64,000 nucleotides of DNA from an uncultured virus (IMG/VR IMGVR_UViG_3300002231_004964) (taxonomy: Duplodnaviria; Heunggongvirae; Uroviricota; Caudoviricetes): IMG/VR virus record IMGVR_UViG_3300002231_004964, one strand, 5' to 3'. Position 1 is the first letter of the stretch. Each line of letters begins with the position of its first letter. A program made the position numbers and the translations under genes. The notes under the pieces were generated by a model that saw only the letters and a list, made by a program, of their open reading frames with translations, had not been told where the DNA came from and searched no databases. Shown one piece after another: positions 41,178-51,458 of the stretch.

Positions 41178-42334
41178 TCACTTATACGTTAGCGTAATAT
41201 GATTAGTAGATTTCTTCTTCCTTTTTAAATCTAATCCTTCTATGTTGGGGTAATCATAACGCTCTCCGTCTAAGTAGTAGCCATCGGCCTTTAACTTAAG
41301 GTCGTCGGTAAACGGGATGTGAATTTGTAAGGTAGTAATATCGTCTTTCGATTGCTTGGAAATAATGTGACGTGGCGTAAGTTCTAAATTAGGACAAACG
41401 ACGCGACCGAAATCCACTAAGCGGTCGGCTTTTGGTTCAAAGGGAAATTTCGGAACGCCACAAAGTTTAATACCTAGGGAATTAGTAACCGCACCGTAGT
41501 GAGATAAATAAGGTTGTTGATTATCGCGCTCTAATTTCAGTAAAGCCACGGCTTTATTGGTGTCGGCTAGTTCCCATGTTTCGTCATCAAATGCAGGGAC
41601 AAGATTATTGATAACTACATTCGCCACAGAAATATCGAGCGATTTCAAAAACTTAAATCGTTCTTTGTACACTCTTGGTATCCTGCCTCGGTAGCAATGC
41701 TTACTAGGTTTACTTGCACATGAGACGGGTTTCTAATTAATTCTCTAATTCGTAGCATTAAATTACGAGTATTTTCCAAAAATTCCACAAATGGATTTAA
41801 ATCATCCTTCCTTCGCATCATGAATCCTTTTAAGTTCATAATCTTAGCCCTCATCCGTAAGATACGCAAAATAAAGCCTTCAATGGCTTCGGGACAAGTT
41901 AACGCCTTTAAAGTATGTCCTGTCGGTGCAGTATCGAAAACAATAAGGTCGAACTCAGACCCAACGGTTAAATTTAAGATTTTCTTAAGTGCGAACACTT
42001 CATCCATACCAGGAAAATTAAACCAATCGGAAAACATGTCTGCATCGACACCAGGCATTAAGGTAGCAAAGGAATCTTGCATAAGATTTTGCAATTCACC
42101 GAAAAACTCTTCGGCTTCGGTTGAAGCGTTGATATTAGCAGCCCAAAAATTATCCGAAATATGAGTGGGTTTGAATCCAACAGGAACGCCCAAAACATCT
42201 TCGGTCGAATGTGCAGGGTCGCTACTAACTAAGATGGTTCGATAACCATTTTCAGCCCAAAATTGCGCCGTGGCAGCAGATGTACTCGACTTTCCGACAC
42301 CACCCTTACCAGTAAAGAGAACGAGTCTAGTCAT
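41178..42334 (-). CDS. arsA: ArsA/Get3(TRC40)-family ATPase (frameshift near 41665)
   Basis: GKGGVGKS, SSDPAHS, FPGMDE, FDTAPTGHTL, VVINN; single domain. Confidence 0.9.
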
Positions 42335-42367
42335 GTCGTAGGATAGTTGACGTTCGTATTTAATACT

Positions 42368-42694
42368 TTACGCCCACTCGGAAACGAAATCATCCGAGAA
42401 TTCTGTCTCGAATTCTGTATCGACGTAATAAGAGTCAAGGGACCCTAAAATACTAATTTCAATCGGAACTCCCTCTAAGGTAGCAGGGTAATTCTTAATC
42501 TCGACCTCTAACATTTCAACTATCCCTCGAACACTTTTAGAAACGTCGATATCAATGGTAGCAAAATCACTAGTTTTAAATTTCAAGTCACGACTAGTTA
42601 TCTCAATACCTTCAAAATATAAATCGGCAGGAACGGCGAACAACAATTTTTGTTGTTCTCCAAGTAACAAAGCCTTGGAGTCACGATACTCCAT
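42368..42694 (-). CDS. Acidic hypothetical protein
   Basis: ORF; TATA near 42717. Confidence 0.6.
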   Translation of the reverse strand: MEYRDSKALLLGEQQKLLFAVPADLYFEGIEITSRDLKFKTSDFATIDIDVSKSVRGIVEMLEVEIKNYPATLEGVPIEISILGSLDSYYVDTEFETEFSDDFVSEWA

Positions 42695-42715
42695 ATATAA
42701 ACATAGTTAATACGA

Positions 42716-43936
42716 CTACTTAATTGTTTCCCAATAATCTGCATCTGGAGAAAAGGCACGAGGAAAAACGAAAAGAGAGGTCATATCCACAAATTCACCA
42801 TCTCGATGGATTAAATCTCCAAATAAAATAAAGGTTAAGTAAGAATCATCCTCAAACATGACTTTAGAGACACCACTAAACGCTCCATTTCGATGTGGGC
42901 GTTGCTCTATTCGAGCAATCGGCCGACCATAACCTGGTGCATTCCAATCATCGGCTAATTCTTGTGCGGCGACGAGATTGTTGTATTCTCCCATCATTTT
43001 AACACCTTCGGAAGTTCTAACATGAACTCGGTAAACTGCAGGTTGATAAGGCAAATAATTAGTTAAGATAGTTTCAAACTCATCATGGTCATGGTCATCA
43101 TCGTCGTGGTCATGGTCATGGTCATGGTCATCTTCATTAGGGGCGCCTTCTAAAACCGTCTCAAACGCCTCGAAGATAGTGTGTAATTGCAGTTCAGTTT
43201 GAGTAATGACTTCATCAGGTGTCAAGATATCTAAAGCGACAGGATACGGACCTTCACCAAATCCCTCGATATTTTCTATGAATTCAAAACGGTCAGAACC
43301 GACACGAGAAATGAATTGACGAAGATGACGAGGAGAAAGAATAAATCGAGATTCTAATTCCGTAGTTGCCGAACCTTCGGCCAAGTCCATAAGGAAATCA
43401 TAAGCCTTAGCGGCTTGATAATCCTCTGAATTCCAATCAACATCCTCCCNTTCGAAATCATCACGTCGAACGACGTCACCAGGTGGGTCTGACCAATCGA
43501 CATCATCCCAACTCTCAGCCCCGAAGTCTTGTGGCACTAATCCCATCTTTTGAAGTTCGCGTAACATTATCATTTCCGCCGCATCGGGACTAATTAAACC
43601 CATAGAAATTTCACGGTCTAAGCGCATATCTAATTCCTGCAACTGTGCACGAATCATCATATCATGACGCATCAAGACTTGGTCGACAATTCCTTTCGGT
43701 TTACGACGTTGCACAATGGTGGCTTCAAAGGATTCCGCACTGTAGTATCTTTCTCTCCAATGTACTATCTCTTGACCTGTTTTCGGGTCATGAGCATATT
43801 CACACGTGTTACAGACGAAAAAACGGAAGTCATATGGATTCTCACCAGGCTCCATCTGTCGCTTTTTATAGGCGGACATCCAAGTCCGATTCTTCTTACA
43901 GTTAGGACAATACATTCGTTTGCCTGTTTTAGCCAA
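42716..43936 (-). CDS. Modular AE-motif protein: Zn ribbon, His/Asp tract
   Basis: CPNC/CNTC; YSAESFEA, FGAES; EDDHDHDHDHDDDDHDHDE. Confidence 0.7.
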   Translation of the reverse strand: MAKTGKRMYCPNCKKNRTWMSAYKKRQMEPGENPYDFRFFVCNTCEYAHDPKTGQEIVHWRERYYSAESFEATIVQRRKPKGIVDQVLMRHDMMIRAQLQELDMRLDREISMGLISPDAAEMIMLRELQKMGLVPQDFGAESWDDVDWSDPPGDVVRRDDFEXEDVDWNSEDYQAAKAYDFLMDLAEGSATTELESRFILSPRHLRQFISRVGSDRFEFIENIEGFGEGPYPVALDILTPDEVITQTELQLHTIFEAFETVLEGAPNEDDHDHDHDHDDDDHDHDEFETILTNYLPYQPAVYRVHVRTSEGVKMMGEYNNLVAAQELADDWNAPGYGRPIARIEQRPHRNGAFSGVSKVMFEDDSYLTFILFGDLIHRDGEFVDMTSLFVFPRAFSPDADYWETIK

Positions 43937-44595
43937 TTACTTCGACCTCCTTAATGGTTCTAATCCATCACGGTCCGTCGCAACTACAGAAATGGAATCA
44001 AACACAGGGTGAGTCTTCTTACTAGCCAAGGTTTGAATAGTGCCAACGACCGAACCTAGCACTAATCGACCTCGGACACTAGGACGGTTACGAGGTTCAC
44101 CACGAGTAGGCTTTGTATATAAAACACCATCTAAAATCCCTAGTATCAAAGGCTAAAGTGTAGTAATGGTCACGACCATCATCGACGGAAATTAAAACCT
44201 CACCTTCACCGACTTGTTGTTCTTTGTTTACTACGGGCTAATCGAGGAGGATTATTAGAAGTCCAACGCCACCCTGCGCGATTATTAAAAAGATTGACAC
44301 GATTAGTTCGTCCTCGAAGACTCCGAGAACCTGCCACGTCATAATCTACTAAAAGAGTTGGAACATTAGTCACCGAAATAGAAAACGGGCCGACGACAGT
44401 ATTTGGGACGATATACTCGCCTGTATCAAGCCTAGTATAGCCCCTTTCTTCGTAAATATCTCCACGAACATTCGGACGAGTTTCAGACCAATCCGCTTCG
44501 AAAACTTCGAACTGATAATAACTTAGCATCTCGTCGACACCTGATTGATTTAAACCAGGATTAAACTTCGAGACGAGCGAAGATAGACTATCCAT
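43937..44595 (-). CDS. Hypothetical protein (44206..44595, possibly joined to 43937..44149)
   Basis: TATA near 44618; downstream fragment lacks its own start signal. Confidence 0.45.
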
Positions 44596-44634
44596 GCTTA
44601 GTTTCTTCTTCGTCTTGTTATTTAAAAGCGACGC

Positions 44635-45936
44635 TTATTGAGTGCAAAACACTTCTATCATCGTCTTGAACGGAGTCATCTTACCTTTCTTGATTTTAGA
44701 ACCTGTTGGTAGTGTAGCATTGTAGAAACGGCGAGGGAATCTAAAGAAAGGCAATCCACGACTTGAATAGGATTGCTCGACACAACCTTCAAGGTCGAAA
44801 GACGACTCATCAGCGAAAGCGAAGTTGAAACGCACATATTGTCCGAAACGTGGTGCACGGTCTATGTAGTTAGTTGCATCCGTCATTTCTACCTTCTTGA
44901 TAGCCACAACAGGCAAAACCTTCTCCATCATATAGCCGATAAATTGTAAACGCATATCCTCAGCCATCTGATGAATACTCTTGGTTAACATATCCTCCCA
45001 ATCCGCCTTCAAACCATTGTAAGTCCAAGTTCGGTCTTTAGAACGCCATTTTTGGCTCGGGTCAATGTTACCATACTTGAAGTAACGCTCATGGACGTTG
45101 CAAATCTCTCGGTAATTACGTCGAGTAAACATTTCCTCTTCCGTCCAAACCTTGCCTTGATTATCAGAATCAAATTGCGTCAACATCTCGGATACTCTAG
45201 CGAATTGGTCAACCTTCCATTGCTCGTATTGGGGCATGATGCCATCGTTAATGAGGTTCTCGATTTCGTCTCGAACGGATTCTTTGACGAGGAAGTATTC
45301 CGCAGGCATTTGAACGCCACCAATCATCGGAGGCTTAGCGGCTTTCTTAGCCTCACGGCGTTCTCGATTCCACGTTTTCATTTGTTTTTTAGCGTAAGTT
45401 AATGTATCGAAAGTAGGTTGCCAGGCTTGGCGGAAAGCCACGACTTGGTTAACGACGGCAGTGTTACTGAAAACTCGCAACTTTTCTTCGGCTCTAGTTT
45501 GCTCTTGAGCCGTGTATTCGGCTAATTGCTCGGCAGGCACAGTAGCGTACCAACCTGTATTCGTTTGCTTCTTCCAAGCAGTTTCCCAATTTGTAGCATC
45601 TCGCACCATTTTGGCTACTTTCTTAACGATAGTATCAGGTTTAGAAGCACCCATGGCGGAATTGATAGTAAGGAAATCTTTGATAGTGGCTTTTTCCAAA
45701 AGAGCCGCTCCATAGACGCCTGCAAATTTACGATGTGCCCAACGGTCTCCTTCGGTGTGACGACGATAACTAGTTGCATTAGCGTCATTGCGATTTGTAA
45801 TGGCAGTGCCGCCAAGCACAAGGCGAGTAAACTCGGCCAAAGGCTTAGATTCTAACGAAGCGTCTTTGACTTGGTCAAAGAACGTTTGGAAGGCAGTCAT
45901 ATGTTGCGGGCTCAATCCATGTGGTAGTCGGCTCAT
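44635..45936 (-). CDS. Hypothetical protein with class-2 promoter
   Basis: 433-aa ORF; GGCTTATATACCCC near 45958. Confidence 0.75.
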   Translation of the reverse strand: MSRLPHGLSPQHMTAFQTFFDQVKDASLESKPLAEFTRLVLGGTAITNRNDANATSYRRHTEGDRWAHRKFAGVYGAALLEKATIKDFLTINSAMGASKPDTIVKKVAKMVRDATNWETAWKKQTNTGWYATVPAEQLAEYTAQEQTRAEEKLRVFSNTAVVNQVVAFRQAWQPTFDTLTYAKKQMKTWNRERREAKKAAKPPMIGGVQMPAEYFLVKESVRDEIENLINDGIMPQYEQWKVDQFARVSEMLTQFDSDNQGKVWTEEEMFTRRNYREICNVHERYFKYGNIDPSQKWRSKDRTWTYNGLKADWEDMLTKSIHQMAEDMRLQFIGYMMEKVLPVVAIKKVEMTDATNYIDRAPRFGQYVRFNFAFADESSFDLEGCVEQSYSSRGLPFFRFPRRFYNATLPTGSKIKKGKMTPFKTMIEVFCTQ

Positions 45937-45966
45937 AAACTAGGGATGGCACGGGGGTATATAAGC

Positions 45967-46800
45967 CTATCCGAGAACGGTCAGTAAGTCAACTTGTATT
46001 GTGTAACGAGATTTATCGACCAATGGTTCGAAATCCATAAGACGTTCGGAACGATAACAAGTAATATCAAACAACTTATAAGGATAACGAATAACTTCAT
46101 TCATATAACCGTATAATTTATTCGGATTAGTCCAGATGTTCATCGTACTAGCAGACGCTTTCATCTCGGCTTCATTGGCCTCCATAAAGGAAACTAAAGT
46201 TTGATATTCAGCAATGATTTCTTGATTAAACATGAGTAAAATTGCTTGTAATTCCAAAGGTAAATCAGGCGAAATGAGATTAGGGTCAAACGGAAAAGTT
46301 GCAGGAGTCTTAACACTATTAGGAGTGGGTTCTAAAGGAAGTTTGAAAACTTGTAAAAGTGAATTTTCTAATTCCGTTAAATCTGAAATATACATCGAGT
46401 AATCAGGTGTCAAGAAAACCTCACCACCTCCGTAAAGTGGAGCAATCCGAGTTTCAAGTTGTCCTCGAGGAATAATTTCATCGGGATAAGCATCGATAGT
46501 AGATTGTGGAATCATACGAGGAGTGTAAATACGAAAAGAAAAATCCTCAAGATAAGGGTCGAAAGCCTCTTCATATCCTGCTTCTTCAAGGTAGCCTTCA
46601 TTAATTTGATGAAAACGAGCCCGAGCCAGGCGTAAAACGTCGAGTAAATTATCAAAATAATATTCTTCGACTCCTGCTTCGGCAAAGGTGATTTCGTCCA
46701 TATTTTCTTCGACACTAGTGTCGGTTAATCGTAAGCGATAAACGGCTCGTTTCGACGCCGTAGGACGGCCCCAATTTAGGGAAGCAAATGGAGACTTCAC
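45967..46800 (-). CDS. KSPFA.LNWG-leader protein 3
   Basis: N-terminus MKSPFASLNWG. Confidence 0.75.
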   Translation of the reverse strand: MKSPFASLNWGRPTASKRAVYRLRLTDTSVEENMDEITFAEAGVEEYYFDNLLDVLRLARARFHQINEGYLEEAGYEEAFDPYLEDFSFRIYTPRMIPQSTIDAYPDEIIPRGQLETRIAPLYGGGEVFLTPDYSMYISDLTELENSLLQVFKLPLEPTPNSVKTPATFPFDPNLISPDLPLELQAILLMFNQEIIAEYQTLVSFMEANEAEMKASASTMNIWTNPNKLYGYMNEVIRYPYKLFDITCYRSERLMDFEPLVDKSRYTIQVDLLTVLG

Positions 46801-47483
46801 TTACGTCCCTCCAAGTTTCTAGGTAAAATTTCTAAAGTGACACGAACTGCACTACTATAATACTCATCGTAGAACTCACTCTTAAATTCGATTACTTTCC
46901 AAAGATTCCTCGCAGGAATAAGTTCGATAAAGGTGGCAAACGATTGATTCAGTCGCTCTCGTTCCGATTCTGAGACACGTCGGCGCAAAATGTTTTGATA
47001 ATCTTGCCAAGAATCAAACTGTGTTATCTCACTCAATCGCTCCCAAACCTGGGTACACACCGTACGAAAAGTCACATAGTCCAAGTGTGGTGATGGTTGT
47101 GATGATGATTGATGGCCTGATGAAAATAAAGTAAATTTAGCCTGTCGAGGCGCTTCATTGTAAAAACCTTGTAAATCAAAAACTGTTAAGGTCTCATTAG
47201 TCGGAACGCCTAATTCATCGGAAATTTCTTCTATCGTCATACCCATAGTGTCAAAATTATCAAAGAACCATTCTGCTCGATTGTCCATTTGACTTGCGGC
47301 GCGTTGGAATAGATTCTCAAACGCCGAAGCAAAATCTGTGTAAACTTGCGTAGGGTTAGACCATAGATAAACTGGCTCACGTTCTGTCAACGAACTACCT
47401 GCCCCGTTTATAGAGACCGTAAAAATATAAGGAGACGTAGGTGAATAAACACCCCAATTTAGCGAAGCGAAAGGAGATTTCAT
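46797..47483 (-). CDS. KSPFA.LNWG-leader protein 2
   Basis: N-terminus MKSPFASLNWG. Confidence 0.75.
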   Translation of the reverse strand: MKSPFASLNWGVYSPTSPYIFTVSINGAGSSLTEREPVYLWSNPTQVYTDFASAFENLFQRAASQMDNRAEWFFDNFDTMGMTIEEISDELGVPTNETLTVFDLQGFYNEAPRQAKFTLFSSGHQSSSQPSPHLDYVTFRTVCTQVWERLSEITQFDSWQDYQNILRRRVSESERERLNQSFATFIELIPARNLWKVIEFKSEFYDEYYSSAVRVTLEILPRNLEGRK

Positions 47484-48124
47484 TGAGACCCTCCAATGCG
47501 GTAGAGACGGAATTCACATTTTTCATCGGTTTCATAACCGTCGTAGTAAGTCAAAAGGAGCGAAATAAGTAAGACGCTCTTTCCTTCCTTCCCCCATTTT
47601 CCCCTTCCTGATTGTTCTACATAGAATTCGATTTTAGGCTCTAAATCGGTTAATTCTTGTTGAGTCTCCACAGGAATGACAGGGAGGGTCTTGAGGTGTG
47701 GTCGAAGAAGACTCCCATTTTGATAAAAGTTTTCTGTCTCAAAAACCTCTTTCTTGAATACCTCATTTAAGACGTCTCGAAGGGCATCATTGAGAAAATA
47801 ATCCATCTTGAATGCTTGATTATCACTCATATCATTTCCGTAGTAGACCCAATCCCAAAAATACGTCAGTTCAGCAAATTCTTCCTCAGATAGGTCGGAG
47901 TATTCAGCCACATTTTCTAACCTCCAAATCCAACCTTGATAAATGCTTCGAGCAAATCGATTAACGGCTTCGCCAAATGTCTTGTATGCAGTAGGAGTAA
48001 TCACGTCCCACGTGTTCAAACCTTCTGAACTGTTACTACTACCACCCGCAGCAGTTACTAGATATAAGGCCGAGTCGTTAGCATGAACTCCCCAATTCAA
48101 GGCAGCAAACGGACTCTTAACCAC
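47480..48124 (-). CDS. KSPFA.LNWG-leader protein 1
   Basis: N-terminus MVKSPFAALNWG. Confidence 0.75.
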   Translation of the reverse strand: MVKSPFAALNWGVHANDSALYLVTAAGGSSNSSEGLNTWDVITPTAYKTFGEAVNRFARSIYQGWIWRLENVAEYSDLSEEEFAELTYFWDWVYYGNDMSDNQAFKMDYFLNDALRDVLNEVFKKEVFETENFYQNGSLLRPHLKTLPVIPVETQQELTDLEPKIEFYVEQSGRGKWGKEGKSVLLISLLLTYYDGYETDEKCEFRLYRIGGSQ

Positions 48125-48127
48125 ACT

Positions 48128-50710
48128 TTACTCCCCCAAGAATCGATGAATGTTCAACAGACCCTCGGCGAATTTTTGCACATCGGCTACTGTCGGAGCG
48201 CCGTAAAGTTCATATTCCGCATTTTGATTAGACCCATAATCATAAGAAATAATCGAATCTAAATATTTCATATTATCGGCCATCATGCCCTCTCCTGTGT
48301 AGGCTCGTAGAGTTTTACTAGCCGATTCCAACGATTCAGCCGACTTGACTTGTTCTAAAACGGATTCCGCACTAAACACTTCCTCAGATTGGAATTCGTC
48401 GATAAAAGCAGTTGGGAATTGTATTTGTGGTTCGTCACCGAATTGCAAGTTCTTAACTAATTGGAACATCTCTTGATTTACCGTAATGCTTGGCACTAGG
48501 GCTAAACGCAATAAGTTAATAACCTTGGGCGATGGCGATTTCACTTGGCGGAAATACTCGTCTAAAGCGTGACCTTCATATTTGAATAAGTATTGACCCG
48601 CTACATTCACAGCAGTACGAGAAATGGCCTTGTCTTCGGGCAGGGTTTTACGAGAACGCATATCGATAGCACCACCATCACTGTCTTCATAGTATTTTCG
48701 ACTTAAAGCACGGGCTAAATCACTAAAGTCGAACGGACGTCCACAAACAGTACACCCTGTACCAACACCCATTGGTGGTGGAGGGTCAACCGAGACTCCG
48801 TTGGCTTCGAATTCTTCAATAAATTTCGGACTAAATGCAGGAATACGTCGTGTCGGAGGAGATAAGCCGAAATCTTGAATATCCATCACACGAGCACGAA
48901 TAGTACCTTCAGGTACTAATATATCTCGCAAAAACGCTTCAACTTTCTCAGCCACATTGCTTCGTTTTTTACCTTCGACTAAGTATTGCGCCATGTATGC
49001 ATTCAACGCATCGGTATGAAACCCGTTCCACTGATTACCTTCTTCATCTACCCACGGAACAACGACTAACCACCAGTAGGCTAATGTCCGACCAGTTTTT
49101 CGAACGCCATACGGATTCGACTTAGATTTAAGAGTTGAAGTCGCAACACTATCGATTTGTTGTCGAGTTTCTTCAGGTACTAATTCAATGAAATCACGTA
49201 AATCATCTGTAGTATCGATAGCAACTCCTTGAGAAATTGCTAAGTCAGTGTACGCGGCTGTGCGAGCCGACTTTACAGCACTATCGTACGCATTTTTAAC
49301 TTCTTCGAAACGGAAACGATTAGCCACATCAAACGGCCGAGCGCAAATTATACAATCTGATTCCGTCCAATTCTCGGGTTCATCACGCGGTGCTTCGAAA
49401 GTTTCTGCTTCTAAGGCCTTTTTACCACCTGTCATTTGACGATTTAGCGAATTAAGGGTCGTGAGAGGTGCGTCGATATTACCTCGCTTCATTCCCATAT
49501 CTTTCCACCATTGTTCGATGGCTTCAGGTCGATAACCACGAGCCCTCATACCTCTAACAGTGAACAATTCAGGGTCATCCCACCCCGAATAAACCCCATC
49601 TTTGATTCCTTTAGCGTACGCAGAAGACGAGAATGAGATAGGAACTTCGTTTTCATCCAAGACATTAACTCGACCCCAATATTCAACTTCAGGATAGTCC
49701 CATCCAAAGAATTCATATAAAATTTGTTGCTTTCGTGTCGAGGCTTGTAAATCAATACCTCGAATAATGTGAGTAATTTCTAATTCATAGTCATCAATAG
49801 CCGATTGGAAATCTAAAACAGGCCAACAAACATCATCAGGTTTTCTAGGGTGACCTCCCAATTGCATTCTAAATAAAACGAAATCACGCAAAGCAGGGTC
49901 GGGTGCATTAGGGTCGCTACGAATACGTAGGACGGCTTCCCCAGGTTGGAAACGTCCTTCAATCATATCCTCAAACAATGCTCTATTTTCTTCTACGGAA
50001 CGGTCTCGATTTGGATTAGGCAATCCTGCGGCTTTTAATTCTGCCGCTTCTTCACGAGAAAGAGTGTCGACGTAAGCACCACCTAGATTGATTAATTGAT
50101 AAGCCCACTCATAATAGATATCAAGACGGTCACTAGCATAATAGATTTCATCAGGCATATCCCCAGTTAACCATTCGATATCTTCGGGAATCATTTGATA
50201 AGCCGCCAATAGAGGCGGTTTCGTACCCATTCCTGTATCATCAAATCTCAGGATGAAATCACCACCATACTTATCTGCATAGGCTCGATTAATAGTGACA
50301 CCACGACTATGCCCTAGAGTCAAGGGCGCATTAGGATTCGGAGCGAATCGAACACGGAAGTTGCCTGTTTCGGCATTTGGAAGTTCCTTCAAAACTTGCT
50401 CTCGCTTTTCCTTTGGACCCTCCATTTTTCGAATCCTCGCCACGGTTTCCATTCCGACAGGACCTAATCGAGCCAGATACGAAATAGAATCCTCCCGACC
50501 TTCTTCATCGTACATGGTGATAGCCTCAGCCATGGCTGCATTGACGTATTTTGGAAGATACTTACCAAATCGTTGCAGAGTAGGTTGTGAACCCATCATA
50601 CGACCCATAATAGAGCCCATTTGAGGTTTACCATTATACTCGATAGTGTTGCCGAGGGCAAAAGCCATAATAATGTCGGCTTGCTCAGGCGTTGGTGTCC
50701 ACTCATCCAT
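48128..50710 (-). CDS. gltX: Archaeal-type glutamyl-tRNA synthetase catalytic domain fused to two CxxC repeat domains (no anticodon-binding domain)
   Basis: RVRFAPNPNAPLTLGH, LRFDDT, YYASDRL, PALRD, FQSAIDD, THIIRGIDL, GWDDP, RGYRPEAI; TATA at 50733-50741. Confidence 0.9.
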   Translation of the reverse strand: MDEWTPTPEQADIIMAFALGNTIEYNGKPQMGSIMGRMMGSQPTLQRFGKYLPKYVNAAMAEAITMYDEEGREDSISYLARLGPVGMETVARIRKMEGPKEKREQVLKELPNAETGNFRVRFAPNPNAPLTLGHSRGVTINRAYADKYGGDFILRFDDTGMGTKPPLLAAYQMIPEDIEWLTGDMPDEIYYASDRLDIYYEWAYQLINLGGAYVDTLSREEAAELKAAGLPNPNRDRSVEENRALFEDMIEGRFQPGEAVLRIRSDPNAPDPALRDFVLFRMQLGGHPRKPDDVCWPVLDFQSAIDDYELEITHIIRGIDLQASTRKQQILYEFFGWDYPEVEYWGRVNVLDENEVPISFSSSAYAKGIKDGVYSGWDDPELFTVRGMRARGYRPEAIEQWWKDMGMKRGNIDAPLTTLNSLNRQMTGGKKALEAETFEAPRDEPENWTESDCIICARPFDVANRFRFEEVKNAYDSAVKSARTAAYTDLAISQGVAIDTTDDLRDFIELVPEETRQQIDSVATSTLKSKSNPYGVRKTGRTLAYWWLVVVPWVDEEGNQWNGFHTDALNAYMAQYLVEGKKRSNVAEKVEAFLRDILVPEGTIRARVMDIQDFGLSPPTRRIPAFSPKFIEEFEANGVSVDPPPPMGVGTGCTVCGRPFDFSDLARALSRKYYEDSDGGAIDMRSRKTLPEDKAISRTAVNVAGQYLFKYEGHALDEYFRQVKSPSPKVINLLRLALVPSITVNQEMFQLVKNLQFGDEPQIQFPTAFIDEFQSEEVFSAESVLEQVKSAESLESASKTLRAYTGEGMMADNMKYLDSIISYDYGSNQNAEYELYGAPTVADVQKFAEGLLNIHRFLGE

Positions 50711-50718
50711 ACCTTAAA

Positions 50719-50928
50719 CTATTCCGTTTTGCTACTTAAAGATACTCTTTCATACAACCGCTCGTAAGCGGCGTAAATCGGAATAAAGCAAACGGTAGAG
50801 TAAATCATAAATAAACCGAAGGTACTGCCGTAATTCATATCGGTTAACCAACACCAAAGTAAGGCAAAAGGTTGAAAGGCTATCAATCCTGCAATAGGTC
50901 TCGCTACGTCCTTGAAATTCATCATCAT
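50719..50928 (-). CDS. Small two-TM membrane protein
   Basis: Hydrophobic; TTATAAG box upstream. Confidence 0.65.
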   Translation of the reverse strand: MMMNFKDVARPIAGLIAFQPFALLWCWLTDMNYGSTFGLFMIYSTVCFIPIYAAYERLYERVSLSSKTE

Positions 50929-50957
50929 CTAATAGATGACGAGATTCGCTTATAATA

Positions 50958-51086
50958 CTATTCTATTCGAGAAAGAATTCTCTCTACCACGGCTTGATAA
51001 TGTTGCGGGGGTAAAGCAGGCGTCGGAAATCGATTAAAAACTTTGGTTTCGAGATGTGCTTGTAGAGCCGTGCGCTTCATGACCAT
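50958..51086 (-). CDS. 42-aa small protein not in ORF track
   Basis: MVMKRTALQAHLETKVFNRFPTPALPPQHYQAVVERILSRIE*; TATTAAATA box upstream. Confidence 0.45.
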   Translation of the reverse strand: MVMKRTALQAHLETKVFNRFPTPALPPQHYQAVVERILSRIE

Positions 51087-51111
51087 GATTATTCCACCTT
51101 GTTATTTAATA

Positions 51112-51423
51112 TTATCTGTCGACTAACCCGTAACCGTAGATGAAATCTATTTTCGGCAAGGATAATTGGTCTTCGAAATACTTAATTTGCCAAAATAAAT
51201 CTTCCTTATCAATTCTAAAGCGAGTTAGCGGTGGCGAAATGTATAAATTCATCCGCCCACACAAGGAATCTGCTATGAAATCAGCCGTTAATTCCGCTTG
51301 AGCCGCCACACCGATTAAATCTAGAAAAGAACCAACTTCGTAACGCCAATCTTGAAGTCCTTGCCAAAGCATCGGATGGTCAGTCAAACTCGACTCTAAT
51401 TTCGGCGTAATGATTAATCTCAT
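51112..51423 (-). CDS. Hypothetical protein
   Basis: ORF; TATA near 51450. Confidence 0.6.
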   Translation of the reverse strand: MRLIITPKLESSLTDHPMLWQGLQDWRYEVGSFLDLIGVAAQAELTADFIADSLCGRMNLYISPPLTRFRIDKEDLFWQIKYFEDQLSLPKIDFIYGYGLVDR

Positions 51424-51458
51424 GATAACTCACTATGTTTAATCACAAGTATTTAAGA

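Noticed and set aside
41178..42334. Arsenic resistance operon
   Set aside because: No arsB/acr3, arsC, arsD or arsR; single-domain ATPase
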